Below are positions 55,501 to 62,986 of a DNA stretch of 64,000 nucleotides, piece by piece. The notes under the pieces are model-generated. The model ran no database searches and was not told where the DNA came from. It worked only from the letters and a program-made list of their open reading frames with translations. The DNA comes from a virus (lineage: Duplodnaviria; Heunggongvirae; Uroviricota; Caudoviricetes): IMG/VR virus record IMGVR_UViG_3300025913_000024, positions 47,478 to 111,477 of that record. One strand, 5' to 3'. Position numbers and translations under genes: made by a program. The stretch's first letter is position 1, and each line of letters opens with the position of its first letter.

Positions 55501-56936
55501 GAGTTTGTTACATCTCCAGTTAAGGCAGGAAACTGAGCAGCCTGTAAGGTTCCTGATACATCAGAGCTAAGAGAGATAGACAAGAGGGTCTTAACTTGAG
55601 AAGGCGTTAATGCGGCTGGAGTGGCTGGAGATCCCGTGTTGTTTCCGATGATAGAGTTGGCTGCCAGGTTTGCCATCTTGGAAAGACCAACTGCTCCAGC
55701 AGAGATGGTAACAGACAATGAGCCTGATGTTGTGGTAGCATCTCCTGTTAAGGCCGGAAATTGAGCAGCTTGAAGAGTTCCAGAGACATCTGTAGAAAGA
55801 GAGATCGCTAGTAAGGTTTTAACTTGAGTTGAGGTCAACTCAGATGGTGCTGCTGAAGAACCTGAAACGTTGCCTAAGATCGATGAGTTGGAGATGTTAG
55901 CCAACATTGACAAGGTGACTTGACTAGCTCCGATTGAGAACTGAGTTCCAGTAAGTGTTAAACCAGAGCCTGCTGTGTAACTAGGAACAGCGGAGAACTG
56001 GACGAAAGTGATGTTTGTGGTTCCTACGGTCAAACCTGAAGTAGGTGTTGTACAAACCCATCCTGTTGAAGCATTTATTGTACCAGAAAGAACTAGAGAG
56101 AAAGCACCGAAGAACTCCGTAGGAGCATCCATACCAACAGATCTTGTAAGAACTACAAAGAGTCCAGCTCCACCGGCGTTGGTGACTGTATAAAGACCAT
56201 TGTGAGGTTGATTTCCTCCTGTCTCGTTCTTAACTAGAACAACATCGCCTAACGAAAGAACAACGCCATCTATGGTTAAGGTTCCACTTCCGTTCATGGT
56301 GATCGTAGCACCGACTCCTGAGGTTCCGTTGGAGTAGGTGTTGGAAGGAAGAGCCGTTGTTGTGGCTACTTTAGCAGAAGATTTGACAGACAAGCCTTGA
56401 GCTGTCATGTCAACGTAGTTCTTGGTAGCGATGTCTTGAGCAGCAGAAGGATCAACGACTTGAGCTCGGCCAGATCCATCTCTTAGAACTGGTTGGTTTA
56501 CTGTTGCTGAAGAGGTTCCTACTACCACCCAAGTTCCACCAGCTGATAAGAACTTATGACTAGAGAAATCTCCAGAGGCTGGAGCTGGAACTAGACCAGC
56601 TGTTCCTCCAGAACCTGAGTCTCCAACCAAGATAGAAAGGTAAGCTGTGATGGCTGAGATCGCTGTAGCGACAGGTATTGCTGGAGACCCTGTGACGTTG
56701 GCTAGAACAGTGTGAGACGCTATGTTTCCTAGACCACCTGCTGCTAAAGCATCTTCTAGGTCTGGGATATCTGAGATCTGAGGATAAGGTTGGTTGTCTC
56801 TCTTGATCCCGTTCTCAGGATCAAACTCCATGGACCTACCATTCTGAGAAATGGTGATCTTAGCTCCGGCCGTGATCTGTCCGGTTGTTTTGAGAGTACC
56901 GGTAAGGATGGATGGAACTAGGAGAGGATTTGCCAT
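52518..56936 (-). CDS. large tail fibre protein (1472 aa) with internal repeats and a C1q-like C-terminal tip
   Basis: Three roughly 72-aa tandem repeats (residues about 336-520). Duplicated FIGDSGSGGTQGVVPAPASGD segment. Central ANRQGQG module. C-terminal ...NVWIQITRIGS. Confidence 0.65.
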   Translation of the reverse strand: MANPLLVPSILTGTLKTTGQITAGAKITISQNGRSMEFDPENGIKRDNQPYPQISDIPDLEDALAAGGLGNIASHTVLANVTGSPAIPVATAISAITAYLSILVGDSGSGGTAGLVPAPASGDFSSHKFLSAGGTWVVVGTSSATVNQPVLRDGSGRAQVVDPSAAQDIATKNYVDMTAQGLSVKSSAKVATTTALPSNTYSNGTSGVGATITMNGSGTLTIDGVVLSLGDVVLVKNETGGNQPHNGLYTVTNAGGAGLFVVLTRSVGMDAPTEFFGAFSLVLSGTINASTGWVCTTPTSGLTVGTTNITFVQFSAVPSYTAGSGLTLTGTQFSIGASQVTLSMLANISNSSILGNVSGSSAAPSELTSTQVKTLLAISLSTDVSGTLQAAQFPALTGDATTTSGSLSVTISAGAVGLSKMANLAANSIIGNNTGSPATPAALTPSQVKTLLSISLSSDVSGTLQAAQFPALTGDVTNSAGSLSTTISNGAVTLTKMASIPNNAILSNFSGSSAIPQANSPSSVMVHLPTFIGDSGSGGTQGVVPAPASGDTAAGKFLSASGVFANVVIANVTGLSSALSGLAAIDDATFASNSTTQPPSQASVKEAFRISSLPLWQSNVTYTQYAIINRLGVAYSSNANGNLNHDPSTDTTHANWTPVGGSASSTGTVGTNAVTTKRVVYITSSGTLQHASNDTETTATAIGIAFNGGASAATIVWQASGSIMVGFGSGMTPGTFYYLGTNGQVITDPNTITIGSFRVAIGIAVNATDLLITIGEPVQVITGTTALVGLGRTTLWTGSVGSLPGNLLQLNGAAVGRSFYSQLFSLWGTSYGVGDGSTTFNIPDLSSLSVKDSTGTVISFWTVQAFPDTVLLNNPSVIFTNPSSGLNYISNGTFESDISGWATYNDGASATPVDGTGGTAVLTLARNGTTPLIGTGDGLITKDAANRQGQGISYDFTLDPAVLGSTLGLSFYFKTSTNYAAGDILAYLYDKTNSNFIPISINSLPTASAGTYFSATFWPASTSTSYRLVFHVATTNALAWTMNIDQVTITPFIPVLGAAIGGEYAGQMSFQNVPGTIDLANSHVWRKGDLLEGVIAITLSGAVTGQINVLFPSGLTSTFRPVGYAIGTHSSSRYGGDLSPGLLGGGIGFNLEYRYPFGGNGATAWTATTPITWASTDVITVYFQAKISQWSSNVNLASDFTEYASNDGSGGTTTNTTFTTGQKTGQDGSAFVAVVSTDFSNGFSTKYAVDFAREIQSTDQLILEINDNGIGWGPLYAFMEFAVQGNARYGVQVRRDTTNKKRALVEIGNSGIYPGSTYGTNNGSAWSAFSTVKWRVRKVSNGNMAEQPSMVRAEYISVPSTATNVVLNFQTKVEDTHSAVTTGASWKFVCPVAGLYLVETNSYTTGTAGNCQIFKNGSRWRYFGTTPVTATSGSSNITLRLVVGDQIWLQNDSAASQPSDVNVWIQITRIGS
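55377..55931 (-). repeat. intragenic imperfect tandem repeats (about 216 bp x 2.5) within the large fibre gene
   Basis: Visible at nucleotide level (GCCATCTTAGTAAGAG... / GCCATCTTGGAAAGAC... / GCCAACATTGACAAGG...) and at protein level (...QVKTLLAISLSTDVSGTLQAAQFPALTGD appears twice). Confidence 0.7.
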
Positions 56937-56960
56937 AACTTTGATAATTAGTCAAATTTT

Positions 56961-56973
56961 TGAGATATTTTAG
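56961..56973 (+). promoter_or_regulatory. TGAGATATTTTAG promoter-like motif
   Basis: 18 nt before ATG 56992, in the divergent spacer next to the fibre gene start. Confidence 0.4.
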
Positions 56974-56991
56974 ACGAAAGAGGTACGCTAA

Positions 56992-57327
56992 ATGATCCGT
57001 ACTGAGCGCGAGCTCTGCTCATACATCCACAATGAGATGAACTTTAATCTCAATGCCCAGTTCGGTGACTTCAAGAGAGTCGTCCTTCAGAAGGATCACT
57101 CTATTGATGACAACGAGATCAAGATCACGTACTCATCCAATGACTCCAAGACCAAGAGAACCATCGATACTCTGATCGCCAAGAAGAAACCTTACGGAGA
57201 GTACATTCTCCAGATCAAGGATCTTCCGTCGGCGATTTACTTCCTCAGCTGCATCAACGAGTTTGATACTCTTGATGAAAAGCATCGGGTGAGCATGATC
57301 GACCAGCTCTTTAGGAGCGTTCAATGA
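56992..57327 (+). CDS. hypothetical protein, paralogue pair member 1 (111 aa)
   Basis: MIRTERELCSYI ... SAIYFLSCINEFDTL ... IDQLFRSVQ matches MIQSEADLCRFI ... SAMIFLTQVNSMQEPL ... ISDLFESVK in the next gene. Confidence 0.5.
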   Translation: MIRTERELCSYIHNEMNFNLNAQFGDFKRVVLQKDHSIDDNEIKITYSSNDSKTKRTIDTLIAKKKPYGEYILQIKDLPSAIYFLSCINEFDTLDEKHRVSMIDQLFRSVQ

Positions 57328-57671
57328 TTCAATCAGAAGCTGACCTTTGCCGGTTTATCCGTTTCGGTCAGATGCCTTCTTGGCCTGCTGGACGCTTTCA
57401 AACCTATTTTGAAAGCAATAATCTTTTGATCGTAACTTACCATCCTTACCATCCTCAGGCAAGTTCAGATCTTATTAAAGTACTATCTATCGAGTATTTT
57501 CCAAGCGAGTTTGCTTCTGGAATCCTTGGTGGTTGTCGTCTCTCTGTTCATGACAAAGCCAGTGCTATGATCTTCTTGACTCAAGTGAATTCAATGCAAG
57601 AGCCTCTTTACCTGGAAGAAGAAATCAAGCGTCTTAAGGACATCTCTGATCTTTTTGAGAGTGTAAAATGA
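57324..57671 (+). CDS. hypothetical protein, paralogue pair member 2 (115 aa)
   Basis: Tandem paralogue of 56992-57327 with ATGA overlap. Confidence 0.5.
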   Translation: MIQSEADLCRFIRFGQMPSWPAGRFQTYFESNNLLIVTYHPYHPQASSDLIKVLSIEYFPSEFASGILGGCRLSVHDKASAMIFLTQVNSMQEPLYLEEEIKRLKDISDLFESVK

Positions 57672-58447
57672 GCTCAGAACTTGCTAACCTCGCAGTCTAT
57701 AACGCTGGCATGAAGAAGTCGATGATGGACAAGATGTTCTTCATCGACAAAGTCGATGCCCATGTTTTCATCGACTATGGCTGTGCCGACGGAACTCTCA
57801 TTCACTTTCTTCGAGGTCTCTTTCCTGAGTTCATCTACTATGGCTTTGACATCTCTGAAGACATGATCCAGGAAGCCAAGAAGAAGAACCCTGAGATCGC
57901 TCACAACTTCACCTCCGACTGGAGTTACATCTCTGACAGAATTCCTTCTCTTAGAGGAGAGGGAAAGATCTCTGTTCTCTTGTCCTCGATCATCCACGAG
58001 GTCTACAGCTACGGAACCGGAAACGATGTTGAGACTTTCTGGGATCGAATCTTCAATGATGGTTTTGACTACATCGTTATCAGAGACATGATGCCCAGCA
58101 CGAGTATGAACCGCCAGGCTGACATCAACGACGTAGCCAAGATCTACCGTAAGGCTGATAAAGAAAAGCTCTACGAGTTCCAGCAGACTTGGGGTTCTAT
58201 CGAGAACAACAAGAGCATGATCCACTGGTTCCTCAAGTATCGTTACGACGACAACTGGGAACGTGAAGTCAAAGAGAACTATCTCCCTTTGAATCGGGAA
58301 CAGTTCTTGAGCATGCTTCCAGACAACTACGACATCACCTTTCATGAGCACTTCATTCTTCCTTACCTCCTCACTCAGGTTCAGAAAGACTTTGGAGTCG
58401 TGATCAAGGATAACACTCACTTGAAATTGATCTTAAGGAAAGCATGA
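57668..58447 (+). CDS. class I SAM-dependent methyltransferase (putative)
   Basis: Motif I-like VFIDYGCADGTL and motif II-like YGFDISEDM. Confidence 0.45.
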   Translation: MSSELANLAVYNAGMKKSMMDKMFFIDKVDAHVFIDYGCADGTLIHFLRGLFPEFIYYGFDISEDMIQEAKKKNPEIAHNFTSDWSYISDRIPSLRGEGKISVLLSSIIHEVYSYGTGNDVETFWDRIFNDGFDYIVIRDMMPSTSMNRQADINDVAKIYRKADKEKLYEFQQTWGSIENNKSMIHWFLKYRYDDNWEREVKENYLPLNREQFLSMLPDNYDITFHEHFILPYLLTQVQKDFGVVIKDNTHLKLILRKA

Positions 58448-58749
58448 TGGAAGTAGGAATTTTCATAGTGATCTTGTCTGCGGCTTTCCTAGTTTGTGTT
58501 CTTCTTTGCGTTGTTGCCACGTGCTCAGGTAACATCAAAAAATTTTATGAAAAAGAAGAAAAAGAACTTAAGGATAAGATTCTACTTTTATTGTCCTCTG
58601 GTCTAAAAGAAGAAGCTTTCCAAAAGTTCTGGTGGGATAGTCCGGAATGTATGGTGTTGAGTCCGGACATTTACAACCCCACTGACAAGATCTCAGAAGA
58701 TGAAGCTAAAGAACTCTTTTTCCAAAAGTACAATGTGAGATTTTCGTGA
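58444..58749 (+). CDS. membrane-anchored protein (101 aa)
   Basis: N-terminal TM segment IFIVILSAAFLVCVLLCVVATC. Confidence 0.45.
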   Translation: MMEVGIFIVILSAAFLVCVLLCVVATCSGNIKKFYEKEEKELKDKILLLLSSGLKEEAFQKFWWDSPECMVLSPDIYNPTDKISEDEAKELFFQKYNVRFS

Positions 58750-58997
58750 AGAACAATGATGAACTCTTGAGACTTTTGATGTCTGCCAACCAAGGCTTAG
58801 GCGGACAAATCTTTGAAAAAGCTATCGTCAACATTCAGGTAGGACTTTGTCCTACTTGTGGAGAAGCTTACAAAGGTTTTAGAGATCGAGCATCTATTGA
58901 AGAGTACAGAATCAGTAGAATGTGTCAGGATTGTCAAGACTCCGTTTTCAAAGAGCCTGACGATGACGAAATGTTTTACGATCCTCCGGAAAATTAA
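58746..58997 (+). CDS. zinc-ribbon protein (83 aa)
   Basis: CPTCG ... CQDCQD. Confidence 0.45.
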   Translation: MKNNDELLRLLMSANQGLGGQIFEKAIVNIQVGLCPTCGEAYKGFRDRASIEEYRISRMCQDCQDSVFKEPDDDEMFYDPPEN

Positions 58998-58998
58998 G

Positions 58999-59430
58999 AT
59001 GGTTACAAGAAAAATTTGGCGTTTTGAAAACGAAAAAGGTGAAGGTCCTTATAACGGACACCCTAGTCCAAAATTTCTCTTTAAGTCTACTCATGACGGA
59101 GAGTCTAAGAAACATCCTCATCCCAAGTATGACTTTAAGAACTCTAAGATCATTAGATTCTTAAACAACATGAACACTAAAGATCACTTTAGATGTGGAT
59201 TTTCTACAAAGAAACAGGCATTTGAGTGGTTTACTGAACGAGAAAGAAAGATCTTGAAAAATAATGGCTACAATTTAGTCCGTAAAAATGCAGATAGAAT
59301 CTTTAAAGGAAACAAACAAGTTATCTATATTCGTGAAGGTCATTTAGAAGAACTTGTTAAAGTTTTTCGTTTTGATCATTCTGTTCCAAAAACATTAACA
59401 TCAATATATTCAATCAGGAGCTCAACATGA
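58999..59430 (+). CDS. hypothetical basic protein (143 aa)
   Basis: ATG after the upstream stop; the track ORF starts earlier at 58858 inside the previous gene. Confidence 0.45.
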   Translation: MVTRKIWRFENEKGEGPYNGHPSPKFLFKSTHDGESKKHPHPKYDFKNSKIIRFLNNMNTKDHFRCGFSTKKQAFEWFTERERKILKNNGYNLVRKNADRIFKGNKQVIYIREGHLEELVKVFRFDHSVPKTLTSIYSIRSST

Positions 59431-59978
59431 TGCTACAGACCATTGAAGGAAACCTAATCACTCTCGCCCTTGAAGGCAAGTTCGACATGATCGCTCATGG
59501 TTGTAACTGCTTCCATACCATGGGAGGAGGGATCGCCAAGTCTATTTCTGAGACTTTTCCTGAAGCTCTTCAAGCCGACAGGGTCTTTGGAGAAAGAGGA
59601 AACGTTTGGAAGCTTGGTCAGGCTTCCAAGGCTACGATCTTTCGTGGAGACACTCAGTTTGTTGTGGTGAACCTCTATACTCAGTTTGAGCCTGGAGCCA
59701 ACTTTGAATACTTGGCCTTGATCAACTCTTTAGAGCATCTCAAGAAATACTTGGATATTCATCTCTACGATCGAGTGTCCGATAAACCTTACCGTCTTGG
59801 TTTTCCCAAGATCGGAGCTGGTATTGGTGGTGGAGATTGGGACCAGATCTACCAGATCATTGACCAGTCTCTTGACGAGAAGTATCGTGAGGAACAGGGA
59901 GTCGAAATCACGGTTGTCGAGTTCATTCCTCCTAATCCTCTTCAGGAGATCGTTGTTCGTTCTCTTCAGAAGAAGTAA
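59427..59978 (+). CDS. Macro domain protein (ADP-ribose binding / ADP-ribosyl hydrolase family)
   Basis: N-terminal FDMIAHGCNCFHTMGGGIAKSI parallels the macro motif NAAN..L.GGGV..AI. C-terminal YRLGFPKIGAGIGGGDW parallels the macro motif SIAFPAISTGIYGYP. RBS CAGGAG 6 nt upstream. Confidence 0.7.
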   Translation: MMLQTIEGNLITLALEGKFDMIAHGCNCFHTMGGGIAKSISETFPEALQADRVFGERGNVWKLGQASKATIFRGDTQFVVVNLYTQFEPGANFEYLALINSLEHLKKYLDIHLYDRVSDKPYRLGFPKIGAGIGGGDWDQIYQIIDQSLDEKYREEQGVEITVVEFIPPNPLQEIVVRSLQKK

Positions 59979-59981
59979 GCC

Positions 59982-60146
59982 ATGGAAACAATAGAAGAAC
60001 AGATTGAAAATATGCTCATCATGGCCTCGGCTATGAGAGTTTCCAATCTTCCTATCTCAATCAAGATTGCAGCACTCGAAGTTGAAGTAGCCCTTAGAAA
60101 ATTAGGGCTAGAGATTCTCAAAGCAAAGGTAGAAGAACCTGTATGA
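59982..60146 (+). CDS. hypothetical protein (54 aa, below ORF-track cutoff)
   Basis: ATG 4 nt after the Macro stop; ends overlapping the next start. Confidence 0.3.
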   Translation: METIEEQIENMLIMASAMRVSNLPISIKIAALEVEVALRKLGLEILKAKVEEPV

Positions 60147-60448
60147 AAAAGATCATTACTCTTTTGATCCTCTTGGTAGGACTCACTCTCTCCGTTGGAG
60201 CTGAAAAGGCTGATATCAGTGGAACTGTGTCTAGACCTGGATATAGTTCTTACGACTATCATCTAGATATTACTCAGGTTCCTCAGGCTCCTGCTGAGTA
60301 CAAGCTCGTAGAAGCCAAGGATGCTGCTGAGCTCACTCATTTGATCACCGAGATGGTGAAGATCGGTTGGGTTCCTCTTGGTCAGGCGTTTATGAGCAAC
60401 ACTGGAAACCACTTTTACCAGACCATGGTGAAGTACGGAAGGTACTAA
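60143..60448 (+). CDS. secreted protein (101 aa)
   Basis: Signal-peptide-like MKKIITLLILLVGLTLSVGA. Confidence 0.5.
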   Translation: MKKIITLLILLVGLTLSVGAEKADISGTVSRPGYSSYDYHLDITQVPQAPAEYKLVEAKDAAELTHLITEMVKIGWVPLGQAFMSNTGNHFYQTMVKYGRY

Positions 60449-60449
60449 C

Positions 60450-60743
60450 ATGCCCCCAGAATTCGATTCAATCAAAAGGTACTCCGAGATCGAAGATGGT
60501 ATCGTAGATAGAATGGCCGTCTCAGCTTTTGGAGAAGCCACAACTCGAATGGAGAAAGATGGAGACGATGCCTCAGAGTGGCTCGCTCTTGATCTTTCAG
60601 ATTCTCTACTCTATCTTCTCAAGTCTGACTCGATCCTCAAGAAACTTAAGAAGGCTCTCGGGACTCCTTTCAATGAAGAGCTTTATCTTGATCAGTTAGA
60701 AGCCATCAGAGACCAGGTGAGACAATTTTACGAGATCATGTAA
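60450..60743 (+). CDS. hypothetical acidic protein (97 aa)
   Basis: ORF in a co-oriented block. Confidence 0.45.
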   Translation: MPPEFDSIKRYSEIEDGIVDRMAVSAFGEATTRMEKDGDDASEWLALDLSDSLLYLLKSDSILKKLKKALGTPFNEELYLDQLEAIRDQVRQFYEIM

Positions 60744-60991
60744 TGTCCACCGAAAAAGAGTTCTCCGACATCATCAAGAAGACTCAAGAAGACGAAGCGA
60801 CTTACCAATTTTTGAAGTCAAGAAATAAGGCTCAAAGGATCTACGTTTGGAACTGGATCTATCGAGGTTTTTGTTTTCTTCCACTTCAAGCTGTTGCTCC
60901 TTTCATGTTTTGGTTTGTCTTTTTATCAAATCATGGAATGTTTCAAAACCCTGAAGACATAAATTGGTTCGGGCCGTTCTCATGCTCTTGA
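60743..60991 (+). CDS. small membrane protein (82 aa)
   Basis: TM segment FCFLPLQAVAPFMFWFVFL. Confidence 0.45.
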   Translation: MSTEKEFSDIIKKTQEDEATYQFLKSRNKAQRIYVWNWIYRGFCFLPLQAVAPFMFWFVFLSNHGMFQNPEDINWFGPFSCS

Positions 60992-61503
60992 TGTTAGGTG
61001 TTTTAGCTTTCTTTGTCGGATGGATGTGTATCGATGGCCTTCGTAAGATCATGATGGACTCTTTCTTGGAAAGATTCGATGACGTTGATGACGATGATGA
61101 TGTCGAGGATGCAGATTTTGTTTGGCCAGACTATAAAGCTCCTGATAGAAAAGTTTCTTTCTTGGGAAAACAGTTCTCAGCTACAAATGCCATGCTTTGG
61201 TTGACAGCTAGACAAGAAAGAATTCCAGCTGAAAAACGTCAAAGACAGATTGAACGAGATGTCAAGAGAAACCAAAGAAATGCAGAGCTCATGCGAAAGC
61301 AGGAGTTGTTGAGTGCTAAACAAAAGGTCCGAAATGAAGAGAAAAGAATCTTCAAAACCTCTAGAAAACGAAAAGCTGTTCTTGAGTGGATCAAAGAAGT
61401 CGGTGCTATCAACGATCCTGAGATCTACAAGAAAGTTATCAATGATCTAAAGATCGCTTTGAACGAAGGAAAAGAAAATGTGGGTCAAACAAGTCAGTCC
61501 TGA
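60991..61503 (+). CDS. membrane-anchored protein (about 170 aa)
   Basis: TGATG overlap; N-terminal TM segment; basic coiled C-terminus. Confidence 0.45.
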   Translation: MLGVLAFFVGWMCIDGLRKIMMDSFLERFDDVDDDDDVEDADFVWPDYKAPDRKVSFLGKQFSATNAMLWLTARQERIPAEKRQRQIERDVKRNQRNAELMRKQELLSAKQKVRNEEKRIFKTSRKRKAVLEWIKEVGAINDPEIYKKVINDLKIALNEGKENVGQTSQS

Positions 61504-61690
61504 TCCGAAACTAGTGTTGTATCACGGAATCTGTGATTACTGCGGTGATCCTAACGCTCAGGTCTATCGAGCACATGTTTCTGCTGGAGGGCCTTTAAGG
61601 TACGACTCATCTAACCACGATGATATCAAAAGATGCCTTCATTATCTCAAGAAAAGAGTAGAGTCTTTAGAGAAAAATCAAAAAGACTAA
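61478..61690 (+). CDS. hypothetical Cys-containing protein (70 aa)
   Basis: CDYCGD motif. Confidence 0.4.
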   Translation: MWVKQVSPDPKLVLYHGICDYCGDPNAQVYRAHVSAGGPLRYDSSNHDDIKRCLHYLKKRVESLEKNQKD

Positions 61691-61696
61691 TTCCTT

Positions 61697-62392
61697 ATGC
61701 ACCAAAATCTTAGCTATCTCAAATGGTGGTTCAAGTACCGTCCGAGCGTCTTCTGGTTTAGCATCAGGGACGCTTTCAAGTATCCAAAACATACCATAAG
61801 AAATCTTATCACCTTCTTCTCAAACGATGGAGTCCGTCACTCAGATTCTTGGAGTCCATACTCTGCTCTGTCTGAGAAATTCTTGAGGATGACCAAGACT
61901 TTTAGACAAAAAGTTCATGGGTACCCTGGAATCGAAGGTGACTCAAACTGTGATACTTACGAGCACTGGCAAGACACCATCAAGAAGATCAGACTTGCAC
62001 ACTTTTGGATTTGGTGGCAGGACAACGATCCATCTTGGATGATCGAGTCTTCTGAAGATCGTAAGAATGTCTATCTCTGGTTAAAGAAAAAGTACCCTTT
62101 TGCTGCAGAGTTCATAACTCCAAGGTTCTTGAAAAGATGGCACACCGATGTGCATCTTGAGTGGAACTTGGAGATCGATTGGAACGAGATAGAAGATCAC
62201 ACGGTTGAAGGCACTTATTATCACTCTGATTTTAAGTTTATCAACAAGAAAACTGGTGAGATCTTTCCTTGCGTCAATGCTCTAGATGAACCTGATGGTT
62301 GGGGAAACAACGAACTTCGTCAAGAGATGGAGAAAAAGTACTTAGAAGGGAGTGATCTCTTTCATAAGTACTACAGGAACCTTTGGGACTAA
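61697..62392 (+). CDS. hypothetical Trp-rich protein (231 aa)
   Basis: Long ORF with no motif. Confidence 0.5.
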   Translation: MHQNLSYLKWWFKYRPSVFWFSIRDAFKYPKHTIRNLITFFSNDGVRHSDSWSPYSALSEKFLRMTKTFRQKVHGYPGIEGDSNCDTYEHWQDTIKKIRLAHFWIWWQDNDPSWMIESSEDRKNVYLWLKKKYPFAAEFITPRFLKRWHTDVHLEWNLEIDWNEIEDHTVEGTYYHSDFKFINKKTGEIFPCVNALDEPDGWGNNELRQEMEKKYLEGSDLFHKYYRNLWD

Positions 62393-62398
62393 CTTTCA

Positions 62399-62986
62399 AT
62401 GGGAAAGACTGCAGTTTTTACATTTGCAAGAATGAATCCTCCAACTTTAGGTCATGAACTATTGCTCTCAGAACTTGTCATTCAAGCCTTAGAAAAGAAA
62501 GCTGATCCATTTCTTTTCCTTTCCCACACAGAAGACTCTAAGAAAAACCCTATTCCTTACGGGAACAAAGTTAAATTTGTCAAAGAACTTTTCAAAGATA
62601 AGTTCCCTGAACTCCATATCTACTCAGGAGAGAGCTGCAAGAACCCTAGAGAAGCTCTCTCTTTCCTTTACAATCTTGACGATTACTCTGAGGTGATTGG
62701 AGTCTTTGGTAGTGATCGAGTGGATGACATGTACGATCTTATGACCAGAGGAAACGGAAAAGAAGGTCTTTCATCTGGTTTCTATCTCTTCAACAAACTC
62801 TCTGTCACATCAGCCGGAGAACGAGACCCAGAACAAGATGGAGTTGAAGGTGTTTCTGCCACTAAACTCCGTGAGTACGCTCTAGAAAATGACTTTGAGT
62901 CCTTCAAAAAAGGTCTTCCAGAGGCTGACGAAACACTAATTAATAACATCTTTCTAACGACCCAACGAGGACTTGAACGTGCCTGA
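62399..62986 (+). CDS. NMN adenylyltransferase-like nucleotidyltransferase (archaeal NadM-type HxGH fold)
   Basis: FARMNPPTLGHELLL parallels GRMQPFHRGHLQVI ((H/T)xGH motif). FLFLSHTEDSKKNPIPYGNKVKFVKELF parallels [38 protein letters not shown] resembles the C-terminal ATP motif. Confidence 0.55.
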   Translation: MGKTAVFTFARMNPPTLGHELLLSELVIQALEKKADPFLFLSHTEDSKKNPIPYGNKVKFVKELFKDKFPELHIYSGESCKNPREALSFLYNLDDYSEVIGVFGSDRVDDMYDLMTRGNGKEGLSSGFYLFNKLSVTSAGERDPEQDGVEGVSATKLREYALENDFESFKKGLPEADETLINNIFLTTQRGLERA

